64,000 bases of DNA from an uncultured Actinomycetes bacterium (GTDB lineage: Bacteria > Actinomycetota > Thermoleophilia > RBG-16-64-13). The DNA lies in NCBI GenBank assembly GCA_947085635.1, contig CAMTXC010000002.1:140724-204723 (forward strand), given 5' to 3'. Below are positions 17,203 to 26,041 of this stretch, piece by piece. The position numbers and the translations under genes were made by a program. Positions within the stretch are counted from its first letter, which is position 1, and every line of letters begins with the position of its first letter. A model generated the notes under the pieces. It worked only from the letters and a program-made list of their open reading frames with translations. It was not told the origin of the DNA and did not search any database.

Positions 17203-18024
17203 GTGGACATCGGCTCCGCTGACGTGAACACCGAACAGATGCCACTGCAGGCACGCATGGGGAACGCCCCCGAGAAGGAACTGCTTCGACGCATCCATCG
17301 CGAAGCGGATACGGCGGCGCGGGAGGAGTTGATCACGCGCTACCTGCCGCTCGTGCGCAGTCTCGCCCGTCGCTTCTCTTCGCGAGGCCAGCCTGTGGAA
17401 GACCTCATCCAGGTGGGGTCCATAGGCTTGATCAAGGCAATCGATCGCTTCGACATAGAGCGAGGCGTGGAGCTCTCCACCTACGCGACTCCCACCATCC
17501 TCGGTGAAATCAAGCGCTACTTCCGCGACAAGGGTTGGGCCGTCAAAGTGCCGCGCGCCCTGCAGGATCTGAACATCCGCCTCAATCGGATCATCGAGCA
17601 GCTCACGGTGGAGTTCAACCGTTCTCCTACCATCGCCGAACTCGCTGAGGCGTGCGATGTGTCGGAGGAAGAGGTACTCGAAGCCCTCGAAAGCGGCAGG
17701 GCCTACAACTCGCTGTCCCTGTTCTCGAGTGGATCACCCGACGATGAGGATTCACTCGAGCTACTCGACTACCTCGGTCGGGAGGACGACGAGTACAAGC
17801 TGGTCGAGCAGCGCAGGTACCTGGCGCCCGCAATGGGACGGCTGGATGAACGAGAGCGCCTCATCCTGCACTTGCGGTTCTTCGAAGGGATGACCCAGAC
17901 CCAGATCGCAGCCCGTGTGGGTATTTCGCAGATGCACGTGTCCAGACTGATCCGCAAGTCGATCGAAGTCCTGCGACACCACATGGTCGATCAGGACGGC
18001 ATCCCGCCCGACACATCCGGCTGA
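17203..18024 (+). CDS. Group-3 RNA polymerase sigma factor, SigB/SigF type
   Basis: Region 2 DLIQVGSIGLIKAIDRFD, STYATPTILGEIKRYFRDKGWAVKVPR; region 4 LDERERLILHLRFFEGMTQTQIAARVGISQMHVSRL. Start is GTG 17203, with ATG 17239 as an alternative. Confidence 0.85.
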   Translation: MDIGSADVNTEQMPLQARMGNAPEKELLRRIHREADTAAREELITRYLPLVRSLARRFSSRGQPVEDLIQVGSIGLIKAIDRFDIERGVELSTYATPTILGEIKRYFRDKGWAVKVPRALQDLNIRLNRIIEQLTVEFNRSPTIAELAEACDVSEEEVLEALESGRAYNSLSLFSSGSPDDEDSLELLDYLGREDDEYKLVEQRRYLAPAMGRLDERERLILHLRFFEGMTQTQIAARVGISQMHVSRLIRKSIEVLRHHMVDQDGIPPDTSG

Positions 18025-18076
18025 TGAAGACCGATCGTGCATCGTCCTCGGGAAAACGAGAACGTGGGAGACATAC

Positions 18077-20695
18077 GTGAAGACGAGTGAACTCCGGAGA
18101 CTTTTCTTGGACTACTTCGCCAGGAACGGTCATCTGTTGGTTCCCAGTGCGTCGCTGGTGCCGTATCGAGATCCGTCGGTGCTGCTCACGACCGCCGGCA
18201 TGCAGCAGTTCAAGCCGTACTTCCTGGGCATGGCGGAGCCGCCCGCACGCCGGCTCACCAGCGTGCAGAAGTGCTTTCGCACCACCGACATCGATCGCGT
18301 CGGGCTCACGGCCAGGCACTGCACCTTCTTCGAGATGCTCGGGAACTTCTCGGTTGGCGACTACTTCAAGGAAGACGCCATCCGGTTCGGCTACGAGCTT
18401 TCCACCACCGAGTTGGGCCTCTCGCCCGACCGCATCTGGGTCTCGGTCTTCGAAGGTGACGATCGCGTGGAGACGGACGAAGAGGCGATGGGGTATTGGG
18501 AGGCCGTGGGAATCCCACGGGCACGGATGGTCGCCTTGCCTCGCAGCGAGAACTTCTGGGGGCCGCCCGGTCCCACGGGCCCTTGCGGGCCCTGCTCGGA
18601 GCTCTACTACGACCGAGGCGCTGCGGTCGGCTGCGGCAATGACGACTGCAAGCCCGGATGCGACTGCGAGCGCTTCCTCGAGTACTGGAACTTGGTGTTC
18701 ATGCAGTACAACCAGGATGAACAAGGGAGGCTCACACCACTGCCGGCCAAGAACATCGACACCGGCATGGGACTGGAGCGCATCGCCGCCCTCATGCAGG
18801 ATGTGGGTTCGGTGTTCCTCACCGATTCGTTCAAGCCCCTCATCGAGTTGGGTGAAGAGATCTCGGGCGTGGAGTTCGGCACATCGGAACGCGCCGACGT
18901 GGTCCTCCGCGTGTTGGCGGACCACTCCAGGGCCATGGCGTTCCTGATCGGCGATGGCGTCCTTCCCGGCAACGAAGGCCGTGGCTATGTTCTGAGACGC
19001 GTGATCAGGCGTGCGGCTCGATTCAGCAGAAGCCTCGACATGAGCCCGCCGTTCCTCGCGCGTTTCGCGGAGCGCACCATCGACCTGCTCTCGGAGGCCT
19101 ACCCGGAATTGTACGCACGGCAGGACACCATCCTTCGCATCGTCGATTCCGAGGAGGAGCGCTTCAATCGCACCTTAGATCAAGGGCTGGTGCTTCTCGA
19201 CGAAGAGATCCGCAAGGCCGAGGAGAAGGGGACAGCCGTCTTCCCAGGAACGGCCGCCTTCGTGTTGCACGACACCTACGGATTCCCGATCGAGGTGACC
19301 AGAGAGATCGTCGAAGAACGCGGGATGGAACTCGACCGAGCGGGTTTCGACAGCGCCATGAGTACGCAACGCGAGCGCGCGCGGGCCACGAGTCGCGGCT
19401 CGGACTCCGTGCAGGAAGCCATCGTGACCTTGGCCAGGGCGGACGGACACCCCACCGAGTTCGTCGGCTACGCTCAAGACGAGGTGTTCACCGTCATCGA
19501 GCGGTTGCAGAAACTCGAGAACGGGCAGGTGATCCTCAGCCTCCGGGAAAGCCCGTTCTACGCCGAAGGGGGCGGGCAGGCGGCCGACATCGGCTGGATC
19601 GAGACCGATTCGGGACGTGCTGAAGTCCGCGACGTCCAACAACACGGCTCCGTGCAGATCGTGATCGCGTACGTCGTCGAAGGTGTTCTCCAGGCCGGTG
19701 TGAGGGCCAAGGCGGTCATCTCCTCGGTACACCGGCACTCCGTCGCGGCGAACCATACGGGCACGCACCTCCTTCACTACGGTCTGCGCACCATGCTGGG
19801 AAAGGACGTGACCCAGGCGGGTTCCGCCGTACGCGCGGACAAGTTTCGGTTCGATTTCGCGTATCACGAGCCCCTGGGGCCGCAGCGCCTGCGCGAACTG
19901 GAGGAGATCGTCAATCGCAAGATCGTAGAGAACCATCCGGTGCGGGCGTTCACCACAAGTCTGGACCACGCGAAAGACCTCGGCGCCGTCGCACTCTTCG
20001 GCGAGAAGTACGGCGACTTCGTGCGGGTCGTCGAGGTCGATGACTTCAGTCGGGAACTGTGTGGCGGCACGCACGTGCACGCGACGAGTGAGATCGGCAT
20101 CTTCAAGATCGTCTCCGAGGGCAGCGTGGGAGCGAACGTCCGGCGGATCGAAGCGCTCACCGGCCGAAGGGCCGTCGAGTTCTATCGCAGGCGCGATACC
20201 TCGGTGTCGGAAGCGGCTCATCTCCTCTCTGTACAGGAGGACGCCCTGGTACCGGCCATACGTAAGCTGGAGGCCCGAGTGGGGAGCCTCGAGCGAGACA
20301 TCAAGGCGCTGATGACCGGCAACGCAGCGGATCTGGCATCTGAGATCCTCAACACCTCCGTGACTGTGGGGGAGACGCGCGTGGCTGTCGCGCCCGTGGC
20401 GGCCCGGGACACCGACCACCTGCTCTCCCTCCTCGACCAAGTCCGAGACCGGCTTGCGCCGGCTGTAGTCGTTCTCGCCGCCGTTTCCGACGGCAAGGTC
20501 CTTGCTGTGGCCGGGGTCTCCACCGGTGTGAAAGGGTTTCACGCAGGCGATCTGATCAAAGAGCTCAGCGCCGTGATCGGGGGCGGGGGCGGGGGCAGCC
20601 CCAGTCTCGGCCGGGGCGGCGGCGGTGATCCGGCTCGACTCGACGCGGGTCTGGACGTCATCCGAGACGCTCTGGTGGCCCGTCTGGGAGCCTGA
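18077..20695 (+). CDS. alaS: Alanine--tRNA ligase
   Basis: FLDYFARNGHLLVPSASLVP, FFEMLGNFSVGDYFK, WGPPGPTGPCGPCSELYYD, editing-domain HTGTHLL...CGGTHV, C-terminal DHHA1-like region. GTG start with GGGAG upstream. Confidence 0.93.
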   Translation: MKTSELRRLFLDYFARNGHLLVPSASLVPYRDPSVLLTTAGMQQFKPYFLGMAEPPARRLTSVQKCFRTTDIDRVGLTARHCTFFEMLGNFSVGDYFKEDAIRFGYELSTTELGLSPDRIWVSVFEGDDRVETDEEAMGYWEAVGIPRARMVALPRSENFWGPPGPTGPCGPCSELYYDRGAAVGCGNDDCKPGCDCERFLEYWNLVFMQYNQDEQGRLTPLPAKNIDTGMGLERIAALMQDVGSVFLTDSFKPLIELGEEISGVEFGTSERADVVLRVLADHSRAMAFLIGDGVLPGNEGRGYVLRRVIRRAARFSRSLDMSPPFLARFAERTIDLLSEAYPELYARQDTILRIVDSEEERFNRTLDQGLVLLDEEIRKAEEKGTAVFPGTAAFVLHDTYGFPIEVTREIVEERGMELDRAGFDSAMSTQRERARATSRGSDSVQEAIVTLARADGHPTEFVGYAQDEVFTVIERLQKLENGQVILSLRESPFYAEGGGQAADIGWIETDSGRAEVRDVQQHGSVQIVIAYVVEGVLQAGVRAKAVISSVHRHSVAANHTGTHLLHYGLRTMLGKDVTQAGSAVRADKFRFDFAYHEPLGPQRLRELEEIVNRKIVENHPVRAFTTSLDHAKDLGAVALFGEKYGDFVRVVEVDDFSRELCGGTHVHATSEIGIFKIVSEGSVGANVRRIEALTGRRAVEFYRRRDTSVSEAAHLLSVQEDALVPAIRKLEARVGSLERDIKALMTGNAADLASEILNTSVTVGETRVAVAPVAARDTDHLLSLLDQVRDRLAPAVVVLAAVSDGKVLAVAGVSTGVKGFHAGDLIKELSAVIGGGGGGSPSLGRGGGGDPARLDAGLDVIRDALVARLGA

Positions 20696-20699
20696 CCGG

Positions 20700-21110
20700 G
20701 TGCGTGCGCTGGGAGTCGACGTAGGGGCGGCCCGAACGGGACTTGCCCTCTCCGATCCCCTCGGGATCACGTGCAGACCCCTCACGATCCTCAGGATCAG
20801 AGACCGGGATGCGCTGGCCGCTGCCGTAGCCGATGTGGCCGAGCGAGAGGGCGCATCGACGATCGTCGTCGGTCTGCCCCGACCACTCTCAGGCGGACTG
20901 AACCAACAGATGCGTGTCGTTGTCGCCTTCATCGACCGGTTGCGGGCCCTCACGTCGCGGCCGGTGACCACGTGGGATGAGCGGTTCACATCGAAACTGG
21001 CCAAACAGAATCGCAGACCCGGGGAACCCGTGGATGATGTGGCGGCCTGCCACCTTCTTCAGAGTTACCTCGACCACTCACCCCTGGTTCGACCGGAGGC
21101 TGCAGAGTGA
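20700..21110 (+). CDS. ruvX: Putative pre-16S rRNA nuclease / Holliday junction resolvase-like YqgF (RuvX)
   Basis: VRALGVDVGAARTGLALSD ... VVGLPRPLSG ... DERFTS. GTG 20700 lies just after the alaS stop; the track ORF start at 20625 overlaps alaS. Confidence 0.8.
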   Translation: MRALGVDVGAARTGLALSDPLGITCRPLTILRIRDRDALAAAVADVAEREGASTIVVGLPRPLSGGLNQQMRVVVAFIDRLRALTSRPVTTWDERFTSKLAKQNRRPGEPVDDVAACHLLQSYLDHSPLVRPEAAE

Positions 21111-22165
21111 GCGCGCCTGCCGGTGTCGCGCGTCGCCGTAGACGACTCCTCGTGGCTGCTGCCTTCCTCCTGCTCGTTCTCGCGGGCGGGGCGGTGGTGG
21201 TCGCGTCCGATTTCGTGGAACCCTTCGGCGCGCCGACATCCACCACCCCGCCTTCCGAGACCCGCACCATCATCATCCCGACCGGCTTGACGGCCTCCGA
21301 TGTAGCCAAGATCCTCGAACGCGAAGGCGTCATCGCGTCGGCCACCGCGTTCCTCGTAGAGCTTCGCCTCAAGGGAGCGGCCGAACGCATACAACCGGGC
21401 ACCTACCAGTTCAAGACCGGACAGGACAGCGGCTCGATCATCGCGCACCTCGAGAGCGGGCCTTCTCCTTCTGACATACGGCTGACCCTGCCCGAGGGAT
21501 TGTCGATCGACCAGGCGGCCGCGCGTCTTGACGGCTTCGAAGCGATCACCGCGGACGATTACGAGGATCTCTCAGGCGATCCCGACAAGTTCACGCTTCC
21601 CAAGGTTGGCGGCACCATAGTGAGCCCCCCCGACCTCGAAGGGCTACTCTTTCCCAGCACCTATTTCGTCGAACTCGGTATCGATGCGGCAGACCTGATC
21701 CAGCTCCAGATGAACACATTCGAGAGCAAGACGGCCGGCCTCGAGTGGGAACGGGCGGGCGAGCTTGGGGTCGATCCATACGAGGTGGTGATCATCGCTT
21801 CGATGATCGAGAAGGAAGCGCGGGTACCCGAAGAGCGCGCGCGCGTCGCGGCTGTCATCTACAATCGACTTGCGCGCAACATGGCGCTCGGCATCGACGC
21901 CACGACCCGGTTCGCGCTCAAGAAGTGGACCGAACCACTCACCAAGAGCGACCTCGCCGTTGATTCACCATATAATACCCGCTTGGTCACCGGCCTTCCG
22001 CCCGGTCCCATCGCGAGCCCTGGCATCCAGGCTCTGGAAGCGGCTCTCTCCCCGGCGGATGTGGATTTCCTCTACTACGTGCTCATCGACGAGGAGGGAC
22101 ACCACTTCTTCACGGCCTCATACGACGAGTTCCTGCGGGCCAAGGCCCAGGCTCCCGGCCGATGA
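21107..22165 (+). CDS. mltG: Endolytic murein transglycosylase MltG (YceG family)
   Basis: N-terminal TM, LysM-like region, and YceG core (EGLLFPSTYF, ASMIEKEA, VIYNRL, LGIDATT, SPYNTR, GLPPGPIASPG). GTGA overlap with ruvX. Confidence 0.88.
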   Translation: MSAPAGVARRRRRLLVAAAFLLLVLAGGAVVVASDFVEPFGAPTSTTPPSETRTIIIPTGLTASDVAKILEREGVIASATAFLVELRLKGAAERIQPGTYQFKTGQDSGSIIAHLESGPSPSDIRLTLPEGLSIDQAAARLDGFEAITADDYEDLSGDPDKFTLPKVGGTIVSPPDLEGLLFPSTYFVELGIDAADLIQLQMNTFESKTAGLEWERAGELGVDPYEVVIIASMIEKEARVPEERARVAAVIYNRLARNMALGIDATTRFALKKWTEPLTKSDLAVDSPYNTRLVTGLPPGPIASPGIQALEAALSPADVDFLYYVLIDEEGHHFFTASYDEFLRAKAQAPGR

Positions 22166-22246
22166 AGCCGCGAGGCCGCCATAGTGCGACCAAAGCAGGA
22201 GTGCGGGCCATGCACCACGTCGATACTCTAGAGCCGACCGTTCGCG

Positions 22247-23131
22247 ATGGCGACGGCAAGAACACGAGCCGCGGGGTGTGATCGGTTGGAAGTAAGGGCG
22301 AGCACAGGGGTAGTCTGCATTCTTGGTCATCCGGTACGCCATTCACGATCGCCGGCGATGCACAACGCCGCCTTCGCCGAAGAGGGCCTCGACCTGGTCT
22401 ACGTGGCCTTCGATGTACCCGAAGCAGGCCTGCCTTCCGCCATCGACGGCCTCCGCAGCCTGGGGTTCGTGGGCGCCAATATCACGGTGCCGCACAAGGA
22501 GAGTGTGGTCCCACTGCTCGACGAGACCGACGAACTCGCCACCAAGATCGGCGCCGTGAACACGATAGTGGCTGATCGCGGGCGGCTGCGCGGCTACAAC
22601 ACAGACGCGGAGGGCTTCCTTCGCGCGCTGGAGCGAGGGTGGGGGAGAGGGCCGGAAGGCGCGCGCTGCCTCGTGCTGGGGGCCGGCGGCGCGGCGCGCG
22701 CGATCGTCGCGGCGCTCGTGCACGCACGGGCGGCCGAGGTCGTGGTGCATAATCGCACCGCGGCGCGCGCCCGTAGACTCTGCTCTGACGCGGTCCTCTG
22801 GTCCAGTGTCCCGGTGCGCGCGATCGAGACCGAGGGGCTCGGGCAGGTCGTCTCGGAGACCGACTTGATCGTGAACGCCACCTCCGTAGGCCTCGACGGT
22901 ACGTTCAAGGCAGTACCGCTTCCTGTCGATATGGTGAAGGAGGGCCACGTTGTGATGGACGTCGTGTATTCTGATTCGATGACACCGCTGTTGGAAGCAG
23001 CCCACGGGAGGGGTGCGACAGTGATCGAAGGCACAGAGATGCTGGTGCAACAAGCCTGCCTCGCCTACAAATTGTGGACAGGGAGGATCGCTCCCGTGCA
23101 TCTGTTCCGAAACAGGGCTTCCAGCGACTGA
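22247..23131 (+). CDS. aroE: Shikimate dehydrogenase
   Basis: ILGHPVRHSRSPAMHNAAF, NITVPHK, GAVNT, GYNTD, LGAGGAARA. The start is uncertain (ATG 22247 or TTG 22286). Confidence 0.85.
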   Translation: MATARTRAAGCDRLEVRASTGVVCILGHPVRHSRSPAMHNAAFAEEGLDLVYVAFDVPEAGLPSAIDGLRSLGFVGANITVPHKESVVPLLDETDELATKIGAVNTIVADRGRLRGYNTDAEGFLRALERGWGRGPEGARCLVLGAGGAARAIVAALVHARAAEVVVHNRTAARARRLCSDAVLWSSVPVRAIETEGLGQVVSETDLIVNATSVGLDGTFKAVPLPVDMVKEGHVVMDVVYSDSMTPLLEAAHGRGATVIEGTEMLVQQACLAYKLWTGRIAPVHLFRNRASSD

Positions 23132-24852
23132 TGCAGCTGCCGAGCGAAGAGATACCCCTGCGCAAGCCGGGGAAGAAGCGCACCGGCGAGATCCTCGTGG
23201 AGATGGGGCTGCTCACACCCCAGCAGCTCGAAGAGGCACTCGAGGAACAGAAGACCTCGCATCTGCGCATCGGCGAAGTGCTCGTAGCGAAGGGGTGGAT
23301 CACGCACACCGAGCTGACCGAGGCCCTTGCCCGTCGTCTGGGTGTGCGGTATCTCGATCTCTCGACCACCAAGGTCGAGCATGCCGCGGCGAACCTGATC
23401 ACCGAGAAGGACGCCAGGCGCTACGCGGCGATCCCCGTGTCGTACCTCAACGACCACACCTTGCTGGTGGCCATGGTCGATCCGGCCAACATCTTCGCGA
23501 TCGACGACCTGCGCATCCTCACCGGGTGCGACGTCGAGCCGGCGATCGCCACCGAAGAAGACATCTTCGGGCAGATCAGCAAGATGCGGCGACTCGAGGA
23601 CAAGGTCGGTCAGAACCTCGAGGACCAGCCCGAATCGATGGAACTCAGCCCCGACGAAGTACGGGACATCAGGGAGCAACTTGATGAGGCTCCCATCGTC
23701 AAGTTGGTCAACAGCATCATGGCTCAAGCGGCCGAGGACGGCGCGTCCGACATCCACTTCGAGCCGCAGGCCAAGGAGATGGTCATCCGCTTCCGCAACG
23801 ACGGGGTGCTGCACGAAGTCATGTCAGTGCCGCGGCGCATGCAATCCGGAGTGCTCTCGCGCATCAAGATCATGGCCGACCTCGACATCGCCGAGCGCCG
23901 CGTGCCTCAGGATGGTCGTATCAGCCTCATGGTCGGAGGAAAGCCCATCGACATGCGGGTGGCCTCGCTGCCGACCGTGTACGGTGAGAAGATAGTGATG
24001 CGACTTCTGGATAGGTCCAACGTCATGCTCCGCCTGCAGGACCTCGGCTTCTCGGAGAAGAGCCTCGCCCGATTCCGCAAGTCGTTCACGAAGCCGTACG
24101 GAGCGATGCTGGTAACGGGTCCGACGGGCTCGGGCAAATCCACAACGCTGTATGCTACGTTGAACATACTGAACACGCCGGAAAAGAACATCATCACAGT
24201 CGAGGATCCTGTGGAGTACCGATTGACCGGCATCAACCAGGTACAGACGAATCTGCGGGCGGGGCTGACCTTCCCTGTCGCCCTCAAGTCGATCCTGCGC
24301 TGCGACCCGGACATCGTCATGATCGGCGAGATCCGGGACAAGGAGACCGCTCAGATAGCCGTGGAGTCCGCTCTCACCGGTCACCTGGTCCTTTCGACTC
24401 TGCACACCAATGACGCTCCCGGCGCCTTGTCACGTCTCACCGAGATGGGCATCGAGCCGTTCCTCACAGCTTCCGCCGTCGATTGCGTTCTCGCTCAGCG
24501 CCTCGCACGCAAGCTGTGTGAAGGGTGCAAGGAACCCTACAAGCCCACGCAGGAAATGCTCCGTCGGAACGACTTCCCCATGGAGGCGTGTGAAGACTGG
24601 GAGAACGTCACCCTCTACAAGCCGGTAGGATGTCCGCGCTGCAACGGAACCGGCTACAAGGGGCGCCTCGGCATCTACGAGGTCATGCTGGTCACCGAGG
24701 CCATCGAGAGACTCACTGTCGAAAGGAAGAGCGCTGACGAGATCAGTCGTGTCGCGCAGGCAGAGGGGATGAAGAGCCTCCGGGAGGACGGTATCGAAAA
24801 AGTGCTGCAGGGCCGTACAGCGATCGAGGAGATCGCCCGTGTCATTGTGTGA
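23131..24852 (+). CDS. pilB: Type IV pilus assembly ATPase PilB (GspE family) with an MshEN-like N-terminus
   Basis: ATG 23131 overlaps the aroE stop (TGATG). N-terminal T2SSE_N repeats, Walker A GPTGSGKSTT, Asp/His boxes, and the tetracysteine CEGC...CPRCNGTG. Confidence 0.9.
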   Translation: MQLPSEEIPLRKPGKKRTGEILVEMGLLTPQQLEEALEEQKTSHLRIGEVLVAKGWITHTELTEALARRLGVRYLDLSTTKVEHAAANLITEKDARRYAAIPVSYLNDHTLLVAMVDPANIFAIDDLRILTGCDVEPAIATEEDIFGQISKMRRLEDKVGQNLEDQPESMELSPDEVRDIREQLDEAPIVKLVNSIMAQAAEDGASDIHFEPQAKEMVIRFRNDGVLHEVMSVPRRMQSGVLSRIKIMADLDIAERRVPQDGRISLMVGGKPIDMRVASLPTVYGEKIVMRLLDRSNVMLRLQDLGFSEKSLARFRKSFTKPYGAMLVTGPTGSGKSTTLYATLNILNTPEKNIITVEDPVEYRLTGINQVQTNLRAGLTFPVALKSILRCDPDIVMIGEIRDKETAQIAVESALTGHLVLSTLHTNDAPGALSRLTEMGIEPFLTASAVDCVLAQRLARKLCEGCKEPYKPTQEMLRRNDFPMEACEDWENVTLYKPVGCPRCNGTGYKGRLGIYEVMLVTEAIERLTVERKSADEISRVAQAEGMKSLREDGIEKVLQGRTAIEEIARVIV

Positions 24853-24911
24853 GCAGACGAGCCTCGGGGCACCAGGACAAGGCCTGCTATTGATCTACCT
24901 GTCCCAGCGTC

Positions 24912-25988
24912 ATGGAGGTGACCGTGGAACTCGTTGAGGTCTTGAAGGAGGTGCTCGAGAGGGGAGCCTCCGACCTCCACATCTCAGTGGGGGTGCCGCC
25001 GACTCTTAGGGTCAGTGGCAGGCTTATACATCTTGATGCCCCGAGGGTCACCACGAACGACGCGCGTTCCCTCATCTACAGCATCCTTACGCAAGATCAG
25101 CGGCAACAACTCGAGAACGACTGGGAGCTTGACTTCTCGTACTCGGTGCCCGGCCGAGCGCGCTTCCGGGTCAACGCGTATTTCCAGCGCAACAGCCTCG
25201 GAGCCGCTTTTCGTCTCATCCCGGTGGACATCAAGTCCATCGACGAGCTGGGGTTGCCGCCGGTTCTGCACGAACTAGCGGCCAAGCCGCGCGGTTTCGT
25301 ACTCGTCACTGGGCCCACGGGCTCGGGCAAGTCCACGACCCTGGCGGCCATGATCGACGCTATCAACAAAGACCGCCACGATCACATCATGACCATCGAG
25401 GATCCGATCGAGTTCCTTCACCGCCACCAGAACTGCATCGTAAACCAACGCGAGGTGGGAACCGACACGAAGTCCTTCGCCAAGGCCCTGAAGTCTGTGC
25501 TGCGGCAAGATCCCGACATCATCCTCGTGGGGGAGCTCCGCGATCTCGAGACGATCACGACCGCTCTGACCGCCGCGGAGACGGGGCACCTGGTCTTCGC
25601 GACGCTTCACACGCAAGACGCACCTCAGACCATCGATCGCCTCATAGACGTGTTCCCGCCGCATCAGCAAGAGCAGATACGTGTGCAGATCGCCGCGACC
25701 ATCCAGGGCATCGTCACGCAGCAATTGCTTGAGCGGCGCGACGGCAAGGGCCGGATCGCCGCCTGCGAGGTCTTGATCCCGACGCCTGCAGTTCGGAACC
25801 TCATCAGGGAAGGGAAGACGCATCAGATCTACACCACCATGCAGACGGGCACCAAGCACGGCATGATGACCATGGACTCCACCTTGGCCGATCTTGTGAG
25901 GCGAGGCTTGATCACAAAGGAACTGGCTGATCGTCGATCGTCGAATCCGGAAGACCTCAAGCGACTTCTAGTATCTGGGGCGGCGTGA
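24912..25988 (+). CDS. pilT: Type IV pilus retraction ATPase PilT
   Basis: GASDLHISVG, Walker A GPTGSGKSTT, HIMTIEDPIEF, ILVGELRD, TGHLVFATLHT, AIRNLIREGK-type motif (AVRNLIREGKTHQI). Confidence 0.9.
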   Translation: MEVTVELVEVLKEVLERGASDLHISVGVPPTLRVSGRLIHLDAPRVTTNDARSLIYSILTQDQRQQLENDWELDFSYSVPGRARFRVNAYFQRNSLGAAFRLIPVDIKSIDELGLPPVLHELAAKPRGFVLVTGPTGSGKSTTLAAMIDAINKDRHDHIMTIEDPIEFLHRHQNCIVNQREVGTDTKSFAKALKSVLRQDPDIILVGELRDLETITTALTAAETGHLVFATLHTQDAPQTIDRLIDVFPPHQQEQIRVQIAATIQGIVTQQLLERRDGKGRIAACEVLIPTPAVRNLIREGKTHQIYTTMQTGTKHGMMTMDSTLADLVRRGLITKELADRRSSNPEDLKRLLVSGAA

Positions 25989-26041
25989 CGCTCGGTTCGA
26001 AGAGCGTTCGCGGGTAGCGCTGTGGGAAAGGAAGGACCACC

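Noticed and set aside
18025-18076. T-box leaders upstream of alaS, hisS or aspS.
   Set aside because: The spacers are 52 nt for alaS, and hisS and aspS overlap their upstream genes. There is no room for a T-box element of about 200 nt.
19175-21004. 609-aa ORF antisense to alaS/ruvX. Similar long shadow ORFs occur at 35749-37359 (+), 61782-63530 (+), 58713-60218 (+), 50773-52140 (+), 4802-5875 (+) and 43226-44614 (+).
   Set aside because: Each lies opposite or out of frame to a gene with strong family motifs. Their translations are Arg/Pro/Gly/His-rich with no recognisable domains, which is typical of spurious frames in high-GC DNA.
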